Positions 48,524-58,535 of a stretch of 64,000 nt of DNA are shown in pieces. The stretch is from an uncultured bacterium (lineage in GTDB: Bacteria; Cyanobacteriota; Vampirovibrionia; Gastranaerophilales; Gastranaerophilaceae): positions 812-64,811 of the forward strand of contig CAMTMK010000009.1 in the NCBI GenBank assembly GCA_947073645.1, in the 5' to 3' direction. How positions within the stretch are numbered: the first letter of the stretch is position 1; every line of letters begins with the position of its first letter. The position numbers and the translations under genes were made by a program. The notes below the pieces were generated by a model. The model did not search any database. It saw nothing but the letters and a program-made list of their open reading frames with translations, and was not told where the DNA came from.

Positions 48524-49666
48524 ATGTTTATACTTGAAAACCCCTATGTATCAAAATTATTATTGGAAACTGCAGAGAAAAATCAATTTGAAGTTTTGGA
48601 TAATTCTGTTGCAAGAGAATATGATTATAATTTAAACTTTGTAAATGACTGTTGTGACAAAATTTACTCAAATTCGGAAAATTCAATTAATTGGGTATTG
48701 GAAAATATGCTAAACTCAAACACTGCAAGACTTATAAATATTTGCAAAAACAAGTTTGAGTTTAGAAAAGCTTTAAAATCTGTTTTTCCAAAATTCTTTT
48801 TTACGGAAATAGCTTTTGATAATTTAGACAAAGTTGATATTTCTAGTTTCCCAGAACAGTTTATAATTAAGCCGTCTGTGGGTTTTTTAAGTATGGGTGT
48901 TCATAAGGTTTCATCACATTCGCAGTGGGAAAATGTTGTTGAACAATTGAAATCCGAAGCGGAAAATTTCGCAAGTAATTTTCCTGAAGCAGTTTTGAGT
49001 TCTTCAAGTTTTATTGCGGAAGAAATTATCAAGGGTGATGAATTTGCCGTGGATGCTTATTATGATGAGAATGGAAAACCTGTTATTTTAAACATTTTTC
49101 AACATCCTTTTGTTAGCGAAGATGATGTAAGTGATAGAGCATATATTTCTTCAAAAGAAATTATTGAAGCAAATCTTGAACAGTTTGAAAAAGTTTTGAC
49201 TGATATCGGCAATACTTTAGGGATGAAAAATTTCCCGATACATATTGAAATTATCAAAGGTGATGAGATTGTGCCTGTAGAGATTAATCCTATGAGGTTT
49301 GCAGGCTGGTGTACCACTGACCTTGCATATTATGCATATGGGATTAATATTTATGAGTATTTTCAAAATAATTTAAAACCAGATTGGAGCAAAATTCAGG
49401 GCGGTAAAATATACTATTTTGCTATGGCGGAAACTCCTCAAGGTATTCAAAAAGATAAAATTATTTTTGATTATGATGCTTTAGAAAAAAGTTTTTCAAA
49501 AATTTTGGATTTCAGAAAAATCAATTACCTTGAAAAACCGCTTTTTGCTGTGATTTTTGGTGAAGCTCAAGATATGGATGAAATTAATCGCATTTTACAA
49601 TTGGAAATGAACGATTTTATCAGCACTCGTTTGTGTGAACAAGAGCCATCTCAAGCACTGTCTTAA
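48524..49666 (+). CDS. ATP-grasp domain protein
   Basis: CKNK, IIKPSVGFLSMGV, EEIIKGDEFAVD, PVEINPMRF. Confidence 0.82.
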   Translation: MFILENPYVSKLLLETAEKNQFEVLDNSVAREYDYNLNFVNDCCDKIYSNSENSINWVLENMLNSNTARLINICKNKFEFRKALKSVFPKFFFTEIAFDNLDKVDISSFPEQFIIKPSVGFLSMGVHKVSSHSQWENVVEQLKSEAENFASNFPEAVLSSSSFIAEEIIKGDEFAVDAYYDENGKPVILNIFQHPFVSEDDVSDRAYISSKEIIEANLEQFEKVLTDIGNTLGMKNFPIHIEIIKGDEIVPVEINPMRFAGWCTTDLAYYAYGINIYEYFQNNLKPDWSKIQGGKIYYFAMAETPQGIQKDKIIFDYDALEKSFSKILDFRKINYLEKPLFAVIFGEAQDMDEINRILQLEMNDFISTRLCEQEPSQALS

Positions 49667-49973
49667 TATGGTCATCATCTAATGAGTAATAAACATTTTT
49701 TCCAGCTTTGCGTGATTTTACAAGTTTTGCATCTTTTAAAGTTTTGAGTTGATGAGAAACGGCAGATTTTGTCATATTCAAAACGACTGCAAGGTCGCAT
49801 ACACACATTTCACTGCCGTCTAATGCCCACAAAAGACGTAATCTTGTGCAATCTCCCATAACTTTAAAAAAGTCGGCAGTAATGTTAAAAACTCTTTTAT
49901 CGTGCATTTTTGCTTTGGTTTTTTCAACCAAATCTATATTTAAAGCTTCGCAGTCAGTATGTTTTGCAGTCAT
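49620..49973 (-). CDS. ArsR/SmtB (CadC-like) metalloregulator
   Basis: FFKVMGDCTRLRLL, EMCVCDLA, SAVSHQL, YYSLDDDH. Confidence 0.93.
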   Translation of the reverse strand: MTAKHTDCEALNIDLVEKTKAKMHDKRVFNITADFFKVMGDCTRLRLLWALDGSEMCVCDLAVVLNMTKSAVSHQLKTLKDAKLVKSRKAGKNVYYSLDDDHIKTVLEMALVHTNEC

Positions 49974-50099
49974 AATTTTATTATAACATAATTGAATATT
50001 TATTCAACTATTGTTAATTTTTGTGACTTTAGGGTTGAAGTTGAATGGGGAATCAACTATAATATAATTGAATGCTTATTCAACTATAAGGAGTTTATT

Positions 50100-51776
50100 A
50101 TGTGCGAACATCAACATCATCACAGAAGTATATTTGACGAGAAATTCTTGATGGGTATTGCGATATTCGGGGCAATATGTTTGGGAGAGTATTTTGAAGC
50201 TCTTGCAGTATTTATTCTGTATAATCTCGGGGAATATTTGCAGGATAAAGCGGTCGAAAAATCGAAAAAATCTATCACAGAACTTATGGATTTAAGACCT
50301 GACAGTGCAAATGTTCTTGTTGGAAATGATATTATCAGCAAATCTCTTGAAGATGTAAAAATTGATGATATTATTATTGTTAAAACGGGTGAAAAGATTG
50401 CGCTTGACGGCGTAGTTATTGACGGGTTAGCTTTTATTGATACATCTGCCTTGACAGGTGAAGCAATGCCGAGAGAGGTTAAGGAAGATGAGGAGGTTTT
50501 GAGCGGATGTCTTGTGGCAAATGGAGTTTTAAAAATCAGAGTAACAAAAACTTTCGAACAGTCTACTGTGTCACAAATTCTTGAACTTGTTGAACATTCT
50601 GGGGTTAAAAAATCAAAAACCGAAAATTTTATAACAAAGTTTGCGCGAATTTACACACCAATAGTTGTTTTATTGGCACTACTTATTGCATTTATCCCGC
50701 CTTTAATTTTGCATACCGGTTTTGCAGAATGGATTAACAGGGCATTGACTCTGCTTGTAATTTCTTGCCCCTGTGCGCTTGTAATATCTGTTCCTCTAGG
50801 GTTTTTTGCCGGATTGGGAGGGGCGTCTAAAAACGGTATTTTAATTAAGGGAAGCAAATATATTGAGGCGTTGGCAAAAGCTGAAACTGTTGTTTTTGAT
50901 AAAACGGGAACGCTTACAAATGGGTATTTTACGGTTGAGGAAGTCGTTTCTTTAAGCGGTGAGAACGTATTAAAGCTTGCTGCAAGTGTGGAAAAATATT
51001 CAAATCATCCGATTGCAAAATCTATTACGAAATCTTATAATGGTGAATTGTTTGAAGTTTCTGATGTTTGTGAAATTGCAGGACAAGGAATAAAAGCAAA
51101 AATCGGTGAAGATGAAATTTTTATCGGAAAAAGTGGTCAAAATGCTGTCAGTGTCCTGAAAAATAATGTTTTAACCGGTTATATTACCTTAAGTGATGAA
51201 CTTAAAATTAATGCAATCAAAACTATTTCCGAGTTAAAGAATACTGTTATGCTGTCGGGAGATATCGATGAAAATGTTCAAAAATTTGCCCAAAAACTTG
51301 GAATAACACATGCGTTTTCAAAACTTCTTCCGCAGGATAAAGTCAAAAAGCTTGAAGAAATTATAGAAAATTCATCAGGTACTGTTTTGTTTGTCGGTGA
51401 CGGAATAAATGATGCACCTGTATTAAGGCTTGCCGATGTTGGTATTGCAATGGGCGGGCTTGGGTCAGACAGTGCGATTGAGGCTTCTGATGCTGTAATT
51501 ATGAATGATGACCCTTACAATGTTGTTGTCGCAATAAGAATTGCACAAAAAACCTTAAAAATCGTAAAACAAAATATTGTTTTTGCATTATCAATAAAAA
51601 TTCTGTTTTTAATCCTTGGTACATTAGGTTTTATGACAATGTGGGGAGCAATTTTTGCAGATGTCGGCGTAACATTGATTGCCGTTTTAAATTCACTTGG
51701 AGCTATGACTCAAAAATATCGAAGAAATGATAGAATTGGTAAGGAAAATTCAATGTACAATCTTCAAGGTATTTAG
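50100..51776 (+). CDS. P1B-type heavy-metal (Cd/Zn/Co) ATPase, N-terminally compact
   Basis: LTGE, SCPCALVIS, DKTGT, HP, GDGINDAP, FADVG; ATG 50100 after AAGGAG. Confidence 0.92.
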   Translation: MCEHQHHHRSIFDEKFLMGIAIFGAICLGEYFEALAVFILYNLGEYLQDKAVEKSKKSITELMDLRPDSANVLVGNDIISKSLEDVKIDDIIIVKTGEKIALDGVVIDGLAFIDTSALTGEAMPREVKEDEEVLSGCLVANGVLKIRVTKTFEQSTVSQILELVEHSGVKKSKTENFITKFARIYTPIVVLLALLIAFIPPLILHTGFAEWINRALTLLVISCPCALVISVPLGFFAGLGGASKNGILIKGSKYIEALAKAETVVFDKTGTLTNGYFTVEEVVSLSGENVLKLAASVEKYSNHPIAKSITKSYNGELFEVSDVCEIAGQGIKAKIGEDEIFIGKSGQNAVSVLKNNVLTGYITLSDELKINAIKTISELKNTVMLSGDIDENVQKFAQKLGITHAFSKLLPQDKVKKLEEIIENSSGTVLFVGDGINDAPVLRLADVGIAMGGLGSDSAIEASDAVIMNDDPYNVVVAIRIAQKTLKIVKQNIVFALSIKILFLILGTLGFMTMWGAIFADVGVTLIAVLNSLGAMTQKYRRNDRIGKENSMYNLQGI

Positions 51777-52629
51777 AGTATACCTGCTGTAAGGTTGAAA
51801 GTTTTTCTTTTTTACTGCCTTCAAGTTTGATTTCTTTCATACACATTCTGTAAATTCTGTCTTTTTTAGGACAAACGGTTGTAAATACAGGACATTCCAG
51901 TAAAATTGCAAACTTTAAAACGCCTATAGGCAGTAAAATTTTATGGTTCAGCAAAGATGCGGGGTATACAGCATTTTGTTGATGAATAGAAATTCTGTCG
52001 CCTGCCATGAATACAAATTCGCCGGCATCAAGTTTTTCTTTAATTTTTATTGCAGTGTCTACGTCAATTTCTTCTATTGGTAAAAGTTCAACATATTTGT
52101 CCTGAAGTGAGATGCTGTTTATAAATTTGTTAAAAATTTCACAGTGTTTTTGCTGTAAGAATACGTTTATTTTAATCTTGGGAACTTTTTTTGATGCAAT
52201 AAAAGCTCTGAGCATTTCTATACATCCGATATGGTTTGTAATGAAAAATGCACCATAACGGTTATTAATCATTTCAATAATTTTATTTTCAACATCTTTA
52301 TTATCAAAGTTTATGTTTGAATAATTTCCGCTGTAAGCAAGCATTTTATCTACAAGTGAGTTTGCAAAGGTGAAAATATGTTTATATGAGTTTAAAATTG
52401 TTGGTTTATATTGTTTGTTGTTTGTATATTCGTACAAATATTTGAAAAATTTTTGTGAATAATTTCTGACATCTTTTGCAGTCAAAAAGGTTCCGAGTGA
52501 TATAAAAAAAGCAATAACTCTTATTGGAAATTCTCCAAAATGTTTGTAAATCCACCAGGTTATTTGAAGACGTTTTACGCCTGCAGATTTTTCTTTTACA
52601 TTAAACCATTTTTTCATCGAACCTGACAT
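51703..52629 (-). CDS. LpxL-like acyltransferase (resembles the acyltransferase half of ApeJ)
   Basis: ITNHIGCIEMLR, MAGDR, FPYQFYHFFDIF. Confidence 0.72.
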   Translation of the reverse strand: MSGSMKKWFNVKEKSAGVKRLQITWWIYKHFGEFPIRVIAFFISLGTFLTAKDVRNYSQKFFKYLYEYTNNKQYKPTILNSYKHIFTFANSLVDKMLAYSGNYSNINFDNKDVENKIIEMINNRYGAFFITNHIGCIEMLRAFIASKKVPKIKINVFLQQKHCEIFNKFINSISLQDKYVELLPIEEIDVDTAIKIKEKLDAGEFVFMAGDRISIHQQNAVYPASLLNHKILLPIGVLKFAILLECPVFTTVCPKKDRIYRMCMKEIKLEGSKKEKLSTLQQVYSKYLEDCTLNFPYQFYHFFDIFES

Positions 52630-53666
52630 TCCAGTAATGTGTAATCGTGTATTCCGACAGCAGGAAATATGTTTGAAATTTTTAAGCCTGCTTTATAAAC
52701 CATTTCAAGCATTTCTTTTTGTGTATACATTTTGCTGTTTCCGTTAGCCATACAGGTAAAATATAATGATGTATGAACAAGTGATAATCGTGCTCCATCA
52801 AAAATTTGGTTATCTGTAAACGGTTCCAAAATGTATATTAAAGTACCTGTTTCCGCTGATGCTTTTATGCGTTTTAAGATTGATATTATTTGAGGTTTTG
52901 AAAAACAATCTAAAAACTGACTCATTAAGACTGCGCCGGAAAATTTCGGCATTTGAGCATTCTCATCCAAAATGTTTATCGGGTAAAATTTGCATCCCTC
53001 AAGTTGTTTGCTTACAACATCTATATTTTCTTTTAAATCAAGCATTGTAATATCGATGTTTGGATTATTTGACAGGCAAACTCTTTCAAATTTTCCTGTA
53101 TTTCCGCCAATATCGAAGATTTTGGCAGGGTTATCGGCTGAGATAATTTTGTAGATTATATCAAAGCAGTTGTCAGAATAATAGTTGTCAAATTCATACC
53201 AGCTTTTTTGGAATTTTTCTGACATATTTGGAAGCTGAGGATAGATTGTGTCACTGTCTTTAAAGAATTTTTTTAATCCCATAGGTTTTTCCTGCAAAAA
53301 TGAAGCAGTCATTTCGCTTGCACCAAGATAACAGCAGTCTTTTATAAAATTAAAGTTAGCTATGGTCATTTTGTCATAAAGAAAGCTTTTGCCTGTTTGG
53401 GTTACGGAAAATATATCGTCGTTGCGGGTTACGATATTTGTGCTTTCTGCTGTTTCAAGAAGTGTTTTTACGGTATATTCGTTCAGGTTTAATTCTTTCA
53501 TAAGGTTTTCGACAGTATTAGGGTTTTTGTCCAAACTCTGTAAAATACCTATATCAAGCATCGTTCCGATTGCTTGAAAAGTAAGCGGTGCAAAAATTAT
53601 TTTTTGCGCTTCGGTCAAAGCTTCTATTGTAGAATGTTTACGTGTTTTTCTTCTGTATGTTTCCAT
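52614..53666 (-). CDS. SAM-dependent O-methyltransferase
   Basis: AQKIIFAP, FDIGGNTGK, MSQFLDCFS, LYFTCMANGNSKMY. Confidence 0.85.
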   Translation of the reverse strand: METYRRKTRKHSTIEALTEAQKIIFAPLTFQAIGTMLDIGILQSLDKNPNTVENLMKELNLNEYTVKTLLETAESTNIVTRNDDIFSVTQTGKSFLYDKMTIANFNFIKDCCYLGASEMTASFLQEKPMGLKKFFKDSDTIYPQLPNMSEKFQKSWYEFDNYYSDNCFDIIYKIISADNPAKIFDIGGNTGKFERVCLSNNPNIDITMLDLKENIDVVSKQLEGCKFYPINILDENAQMPKFSGAVLMSQFLDCFSKPQIISILKRIKASAETGTLIYILEPFTDNQIFDGARLSLVHTSLYFTCMANGNSKMYTQKEMLEMVYKAGLKISNIFPAVGIHDYTLLECQVR

Positions 53667-53669
53667 AAA

Positions 53670-55598
53670 TCAAATTTTATCACGAAATAAAGTTAAACTC
53701 AAAATATATGAACTCATTAGTCCTATTGAGAGCATTAGACCCATTGAACTTATCAATTTAAAGCTTGTGAATGACAAGAGAAGAAATGACAAAAAACTTG
53801 ATGCAAATGATATGAATACCGCATCCTTAGAGGATTGGTCCGACATAAATATTGAATAATCAAGGCTGAACCCGAGTATTAAAAATATTGAGAGTATGTG
53901 AAACATATTTATCGGTATGCCTAAAACTGATATTGCAGATATCGCAAATATTGATGCAATTAGAGGGCTTGCAATGATTTTTAAAGCTTTTTTCGGTCTG
54001 AAAAATGCAGACAAAAGAATAAAATACATGATGAAAATTATCGGAATAATTTTTACACATCTGAGGCGGAGATTTTTCATGATTTCTGAAATATCACGAG
54101 TAAGATTTATATCTCCCGCATCTTTATCAAATACAATTATAAATGAGGTTTTGTCATCAAGCATAAATTTATTTTGCAAGTCAAAAGATACCGGTGCCGG
54201 AGATTTTTTTTGAATTGGAAAATCAGCATATGATGATAAATTGTTTGTGTATAATTCATTAACAAGTTTTATGTTTTCTTCCTGTCTTTTTTGTGACGGG
54301 ATAAGTCTGCTCATTGAAAAAAAGTCTGAATTTAGGTTGTCGGTTATGGTTTCTTCTTTTTGCAAAATTTCTTCAATATTATTGCCTTTTACCGTAATAA
54401 AAGAAACTTGCGGAGCTGGAAATACTTTTCTGCTCAATATTTCGGCATTTAAAAGAGTTTTTGGCGGTGAATAAAGAGTTTTGATATCATCGCTGATTTG
54501 AATTTTGAAAAGTCCGATAACAGACAGAATTATTATTGATGCAAATACTATTTTCGTTGGAATATTCGGGTATGTAAGGGTTTTGTGTTTTGGCGAAAGT
54601 TTGAATAACGGTAGAAAAAAGACGACAAAAAGGTAAACTCCAATGAGTCCGAAGCTTGTAAATACTCCGATTTGTTTTAAAAGTTCTATTCCGCTAAGTG
54701 TTAATAAAAGGAATGCGGTTACTGTTGTAATCATTGATACTGTAAGATTTTTTATGATATCTTTGTTTATTACATAATGCAGTGAATAGTCAAGACTGAT
54801 TCCTATTAAGGAAGTTGCAAATACAATTGTCAGGATGTGAAGCTTGCCAAAAATTGCTAATGCGGTAAAAAATCCTGTACCAAATCCAAAAATTATACTC
54901 AGCGCAATAGGAATTAGGATTTTTACGGAATTGAAGTATTTTTTACATAAGAGGATAAGAGCAAACATTGAAATAATACAGATTATGTTTATTTCAAAAG
55001 CTGATTTTTGGCTTGTAACAAAAGCATGAACCGGAGTGCCCGTAAGATAGATTGGATTTTTCTTTTGCAGGTTTGTTAATGTTTTTATTTCTGATGCCGG
55101 CAGGGATATTTTAGTATAATATTTTCCGTCAAATTCTCTTATTTCATTGTCAAAATAAGGGTTTCTAAGGTTCATTATATAGTCTGTGACGAACAAATAC
55201 GGGTCTTTATCAGGTGTTTGAATAAAAATTCCCAATGGGTTATACAGCTGTTCTAGACTTTCTTGGGCAAGTTCATTATATTTTTTGTTTTTAAGTAAAC
55301 TTCTTCTGTGGGGTGTGATAAAGTTTTCGGGGTGGCTTTTATAAAGTTCAATCAGTTCATCAAAATTTTCAGAATTTGGCAGATTATTTTTTATTTCTTC
55401 GATTTTGTCAATGTCATCTGATTCAATAAGCACTCCGATTGTTGATGAAGATTTATCTGAAAGTTGTATGAGTTCCTCATGTTCAGAATTTAGAAATCCT
55501 TGTAAGAGCCCTGTTTCAAGAGGCTTTAGCCTGCAAATCCCCAAAATTGAGAGCAGTGCAAAAACAATTATTAAAATTATTCTGATTTTTTTCATCAT
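53670..55598 (-). CDS. MMPL/RND-like exporter (ApeM-like)
   Basis: GISLDYSLHY and LGFSLDYSIF in two TM bundles. Confidence 0.82.
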   Translation of the reverse strand: MMKKIRIILIIVFALLSILGICRLKPLETGLLQGFLNSEHEELIQLSDKSSSTIGVLIESDDIDKIEEIKNNLPNSENFDELIELYKSHPENFITPHRRSLLKNKKYNELAQESLEQLYNPLGIFIQTPDKDPYLFVTDYIMNLRNPYFDNEIREFDGKYYTKISLPASEIKTLTNLQKKNPIYLTGTPVHAFVTSQKSAFEINIICIISMFALILLCKKYFNSVKILIPIALSIIFGFGTGFFTALAIFGKLHILTIVFATSLIGISLDYSLHYVINKDIIKNLTVSMITTVTAFLLLTLSGIELLKQIGVFTSFGLIGVYLFVVFFLPLFKLSPKHKTLTYPNIPTKIVFASIIILSVIGLFKIQISDDIKTLYSPPKTLLNAEILSRKVFPAPQVSFITVKGNNIEEILQKEETITDNLNSDFFSMSRLIPSQKRQEENIKLVNELYTNNLSSYADFPIQKKSPAPVSFDLQNKFMLDDKTSFIIVFDKDAGDINLTRDISEIMKNLRLRCVKIIPIIFIMYFILLSAFFRPKKALKIIASPLIASIFAISAISVLGIPINMFHILSIFLILGFSLDYSIFMSDQSSKDAVFISFASSFLSFLLLSFTSFKLISSMGLMLSIGLMSSYILSLTLFRDKI

Positions 55599-56101
55599 TT
55601 TTCAAACCAAATAGTTGTTTTTGTAGAATTTACTGTTGTAATAATCATTTGATTTATATAACTTTTACCATAAATCTCTATTGATTTAAGATATTTTGCA
55701 GACGGATGATTTGATTTAGGTTTTAATCCTAACTGCCAGTTGTCCTGTGTTTTGTCAAAATAAAAATTAAATGCTTTTTCTATTTTTGAATATGATTTGT
55801 TGGAAATTGCATTGATTATATCATTAATTTGTTTGTATTCGGATGAATTGTATGTTGTTGTAAAAGTTGTAGGATATGTTGTATAAAAAGTTACTCCTTC
55901 ATTTTTCACAAACTTAAATGTGCCTGAGGATTTGAGTTTTGCGGTTGAGACAGTTTTTTCTTGACGGAATTTACAGGTTATACTGTTTAGCTCAGGAAGT
56001 TGTCCTGTAATATTTGATAATGTTTGAGGATGTTCAAATACATTTGCAAATACAGAACAGTTTAAAAACAGTAAGAATATCAGCAGTATGAATTTTTTCA
56101 T
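55595..56101 (-). CDS. LolA-like carrier protein (ApeL-like)
   Basis: Signal peptide; FRQEK, SSGTF, WQLGLKPK. Confidence 0.75.
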   Translation of the reverse strand: MKKFILLIFLLFLNCSVFANVFEHPQTLSNITGQLPELNSITCKFRQEKTVSTAKLKSSGTFKFVKNEGVTFYTTYPTTFTTTYNSSEYKQINDIINAISNKSYSKIEKAFNFYFDKTQDNWQLGLKPKSNHPSAKYLKSIEIYGKSYINQMIITTVNSTKTTIWFEK

Positions 56102-57627
56102 TTGCTTACCTCATCAAACGATTTAATCGGCAATAGTCCTGAAGAGTATCCTGAATTTTCATCTTTGTATTTGTAATTTATACCGTTTGTCTGTTGTTCA
56201 AGCTCAAGTGTAATGAGTTTGTCGGGCTGAATAATATTAGTAAATTTTATTTTTCTGTATTGTCCGGAAACGCAGTCGATTTTGAATATTTTTTTTGTAA
56301 AATATTGTGCATAAAACAGCTGAACAACTCCTGGTACGAGAGGGAAACCGTCAAAATGACCTTTGAAAAAATTGCAGTTGCGATAAAAATAGAGTTTTAT
56401 TTCTGCTTTGTTTTCAGATAATGATTTTTCGCATATTACCGGTAATGACAGGTTAAGATTGAAAATTTCTTCTATTGATTTGACATCAGTTTTACCGGTT
56501 TGGGTTTTGGGAATTTCATCGGTAAATTTCCATTTTTGTGGAATTATATCTGATTTTAAATATGCTTTTAATTCTTTTGTAAGTTCTGTCATTCCATTGT
56601 TATATAAGTATTCCAAGCCGTTTGCGGTTAATATACATAAAGATGCAAGTTTATCGGAATGTTTGATTATATATGCATCATCTATAATAGAATGGGTTTT
56701 AAGTTTATTTTCAATATCTGTTGCGCAAATTCGTTTTTCCTGAATTTTATAAATTCTGTCAGTACGCCCCAGTATTTGAATTTGTTTCTCGTTAAGTATA
56801 TTGATTTTATCACCGATTGTGACAGGTGAATTTAGAGAATAAATTGTTTCAACTTCTGTTTGATCGTTTGTATGAATTTTGGTATTAGGGAAAAGGTTAA
56901 ACGGAACTTTGTAATCTTGTCTGTAAGCAATAACACCTGTTTCAGTGCTTCCGTAAATTTCAACAACTTCATCTGATATATTTTTTGCGTATTCAAAGAC
57001 GTTATTTTTCAGTTTTGCGCCTGCGGTAATAATCATTTTCGGCATAATTACAGGTGAATTTTGATATTTCAGCATTGTTTCAATAAATGACGGAGTTGAG
57101 ATAAGACAGGCGTTTTTAATATTGATGTTTTCAGGGATTGAAACAATATCCGAATTAATTATGCTTTTACTGTTCAGTGCTGTCATAAGGTGAAAAGTAA
57201 ATCCGAAAAGGTGATTCATTGTTGTAGTGGAAATGAATTCCAATCCTTGAATCTGCGGGAATTGTGATTGAATGTCTTTTGCTTCTGAAATGAGGTTTTC
57301 AAGACTTTTTACGATTTCTTTTTGAGTGCCTGAACTGCCTGAAGTTTTGAAATGTATGAGAATTTCTTTCGGATTAATGGGACAAAATTCTTTGACCTTT
57401 GCTGTTTGCTGTTCATCAAAATAAATATCTTTTAGGGAAAATATTCTTGCCAAAATTTCCACAACAAAGTCAAAGCAGTTCAATTCTGCCAAAACTTCGG
57501 GTTTGACAGGTTTGTTTAAAATTAAAGTTTTGATATCTTTTACGGTATATGTTTTTCCGCCTGATTTTAAAATCACCTTATCGTCATATTCTGTTGTATA
57601 AAAATATTCTAAAAAATCAGCAGTCAT
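56098..57627 (-). CDS. Adenylate-forming acyl-ACP synthetase fused to a FabA-like dehydratase (ApeH-ApeI-like fusion)
   Basis: TSGSSG, HLFG, IYGSTETG, GRTDRIYK, KTQTGK; C-terminal FKGHFDGFPLVPGVVQL. Confidence 0.85.
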   Translation of the reverse strand: MTADFLEYFYTTEYDDKVILKSGGKTYTVKDIKTLILNKPVKPEVLAELNCFDFVVEILARIFSLKDIYFDEQQTAKVKEFCPINPKEILIHFKTSGSSGTQKEIVKSLENLISEAKDIQSQFPQIQGLEFISTTTMNHLFGFTFHLMTALNSKSIINSDIVSIPENINIKNACLISTPSFIETMLKYQNSPVIMPKMIITAGAKLKNNVFEYAKNISDEVVEIYGSTETGVIAYRQDYKVPFNLFPNTKIHTNDQTEVETIYSLNSPVTIGDKINILNEKQIQILGRTDRIYKIQEKRICATDIENKLKTHSIIDDAYIIKHSDKLASLCILTANGLEYLYNNGMTELTKELKAYLKSDIIPQKWKFTDEIPKTQTGKTDVKSIEEIFNLNLSLPVICEKSLSENKAEIKLYFYRNCNFFKGHFDGFPLVPGVVQLFYAQYFTKKIFKIDCVSGQYRKIKFTNIIQPDKLITLELEQQTNGINYKYKDENSGYSSGLLPIKSFDEVSK

Positions 57628-58030
57628 ACTTCCTCTTAAACTTTATTCTTACAATATATTCTATCGCAAAAAAGCTTCCAACGAGCAAGTATGAAATACA
57701 TCCGTTATAAACAGCCCAGATTTTTTCGGGTAAAAATACAGTTACAAGTGAAATCAAAAAATTGCAAAATGTAAATAAAGCCCAGATATATGTAAGTTTG
57801 CGTGTATAGTCAAGAGCTTTTGGTTTTATATCCGGTTCTGTAAGTTTTGCAAACTTTTGAATAATTGTTTCTTTCATAAACGAGGTTATAAAAAATAACA
57901 GAAAAAAACAAAAATTTATCACGACAGGATAATATTTTATAAAATGCCATTTTGTGTAATGGAATACCAAAATTACGCAAAACATTATAATTATTGACAA
58001 TAAAATTCTTAAGAGTTTAGTAAAGTCCAT
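57617..58030 (-). CDS. COG4648-like membrane protein (ApeG-like)
   Basis: YPVVIN, YTRKLTYIW, WAVYNGCISYLLVG. Confidence 0.8.
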   Translation of the reverse strand: MDFTKLLRILLSIIIMFCVILVFHYTKWHFIKYYPVVINFCFFLLFFITSFMKETIIQKFAKLTEPDIKPKALDYTRKLTYIWALFTFCNFLISLVTVFLPEKIWAVYNGCISYLLVGSFFAIEYIVRIKFKRKYDC

Positions 58031-58266
58031 ACTGCATTAACAACGTCTTCTACCGTACGGATTTGTTTAAATTCTTCCGGAGATAATTTTTTATCGGTAT
58101 ATTGCTGCATTCTTACTGCAATATCAACCGCATCAATACTGTCCAAATCCAAATCAGTAAACAAATTTGCATCACCGGTTATTTTATCTTCCGCGATTTC
58201 TAAATCTTCTGTTAATATTTTTTTTAGTTCGTTATAAATATCTTCTTTTGTAAAATCAGTTGTCAT
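58009..58266 (-). CDS. Acyl carrier protein (ApeF-like)
   Basis: DLDLDSIDAVDI, FKQIRTVEDVV. Confidence 0.92.
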   Translation of the reverse strand: MTTDFTKEDIYNELKKILTEDLEIAEDKITGDANLFTDLDLDSIDAVDIAVRMQQYTDKKLSPEEFKQIRTVEDVVNAVWTLLNS

Positions 58267-58516
58267 TACGATTTGCCCTCACAAATTCAGCAAGAGTATT
58301 TACAGAAGTAAAATGTTGTTTATTTTCTTCTTTATTGGTACTCATAACAATATTGTATTTTTTCTTTAGTGCCATACCCAATTCTAATGCGTCAATAGAA
58401 TCGAGTCCAAGACCTTCTATAAATAAAGGTTCGTCATCTGCAATATCTTCCGGCAGAATTTCATCAAGCTCAAGTGTGCTGATAATCAAATTTTTAAGTT
58501 CTTCTTTTAATTCCAT
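58256..58516 (-). CDS. Acyl carrier protein (ApeE-like)
   Basis: PLFIEGLGLDSIDALELG, FTSVNTLAEFV. Confidence 0.92.
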   Translation of the reverse strand: MELKEELKNLIISTLELDEILPEDIADDEPLFIEGLGLDSIDALELGMALKKKYNIVMSTNKEENKQHFTSVNTLAEFVRANRNDN

Positions 58517-58535
58517 AACAAGATTATAACATAAA

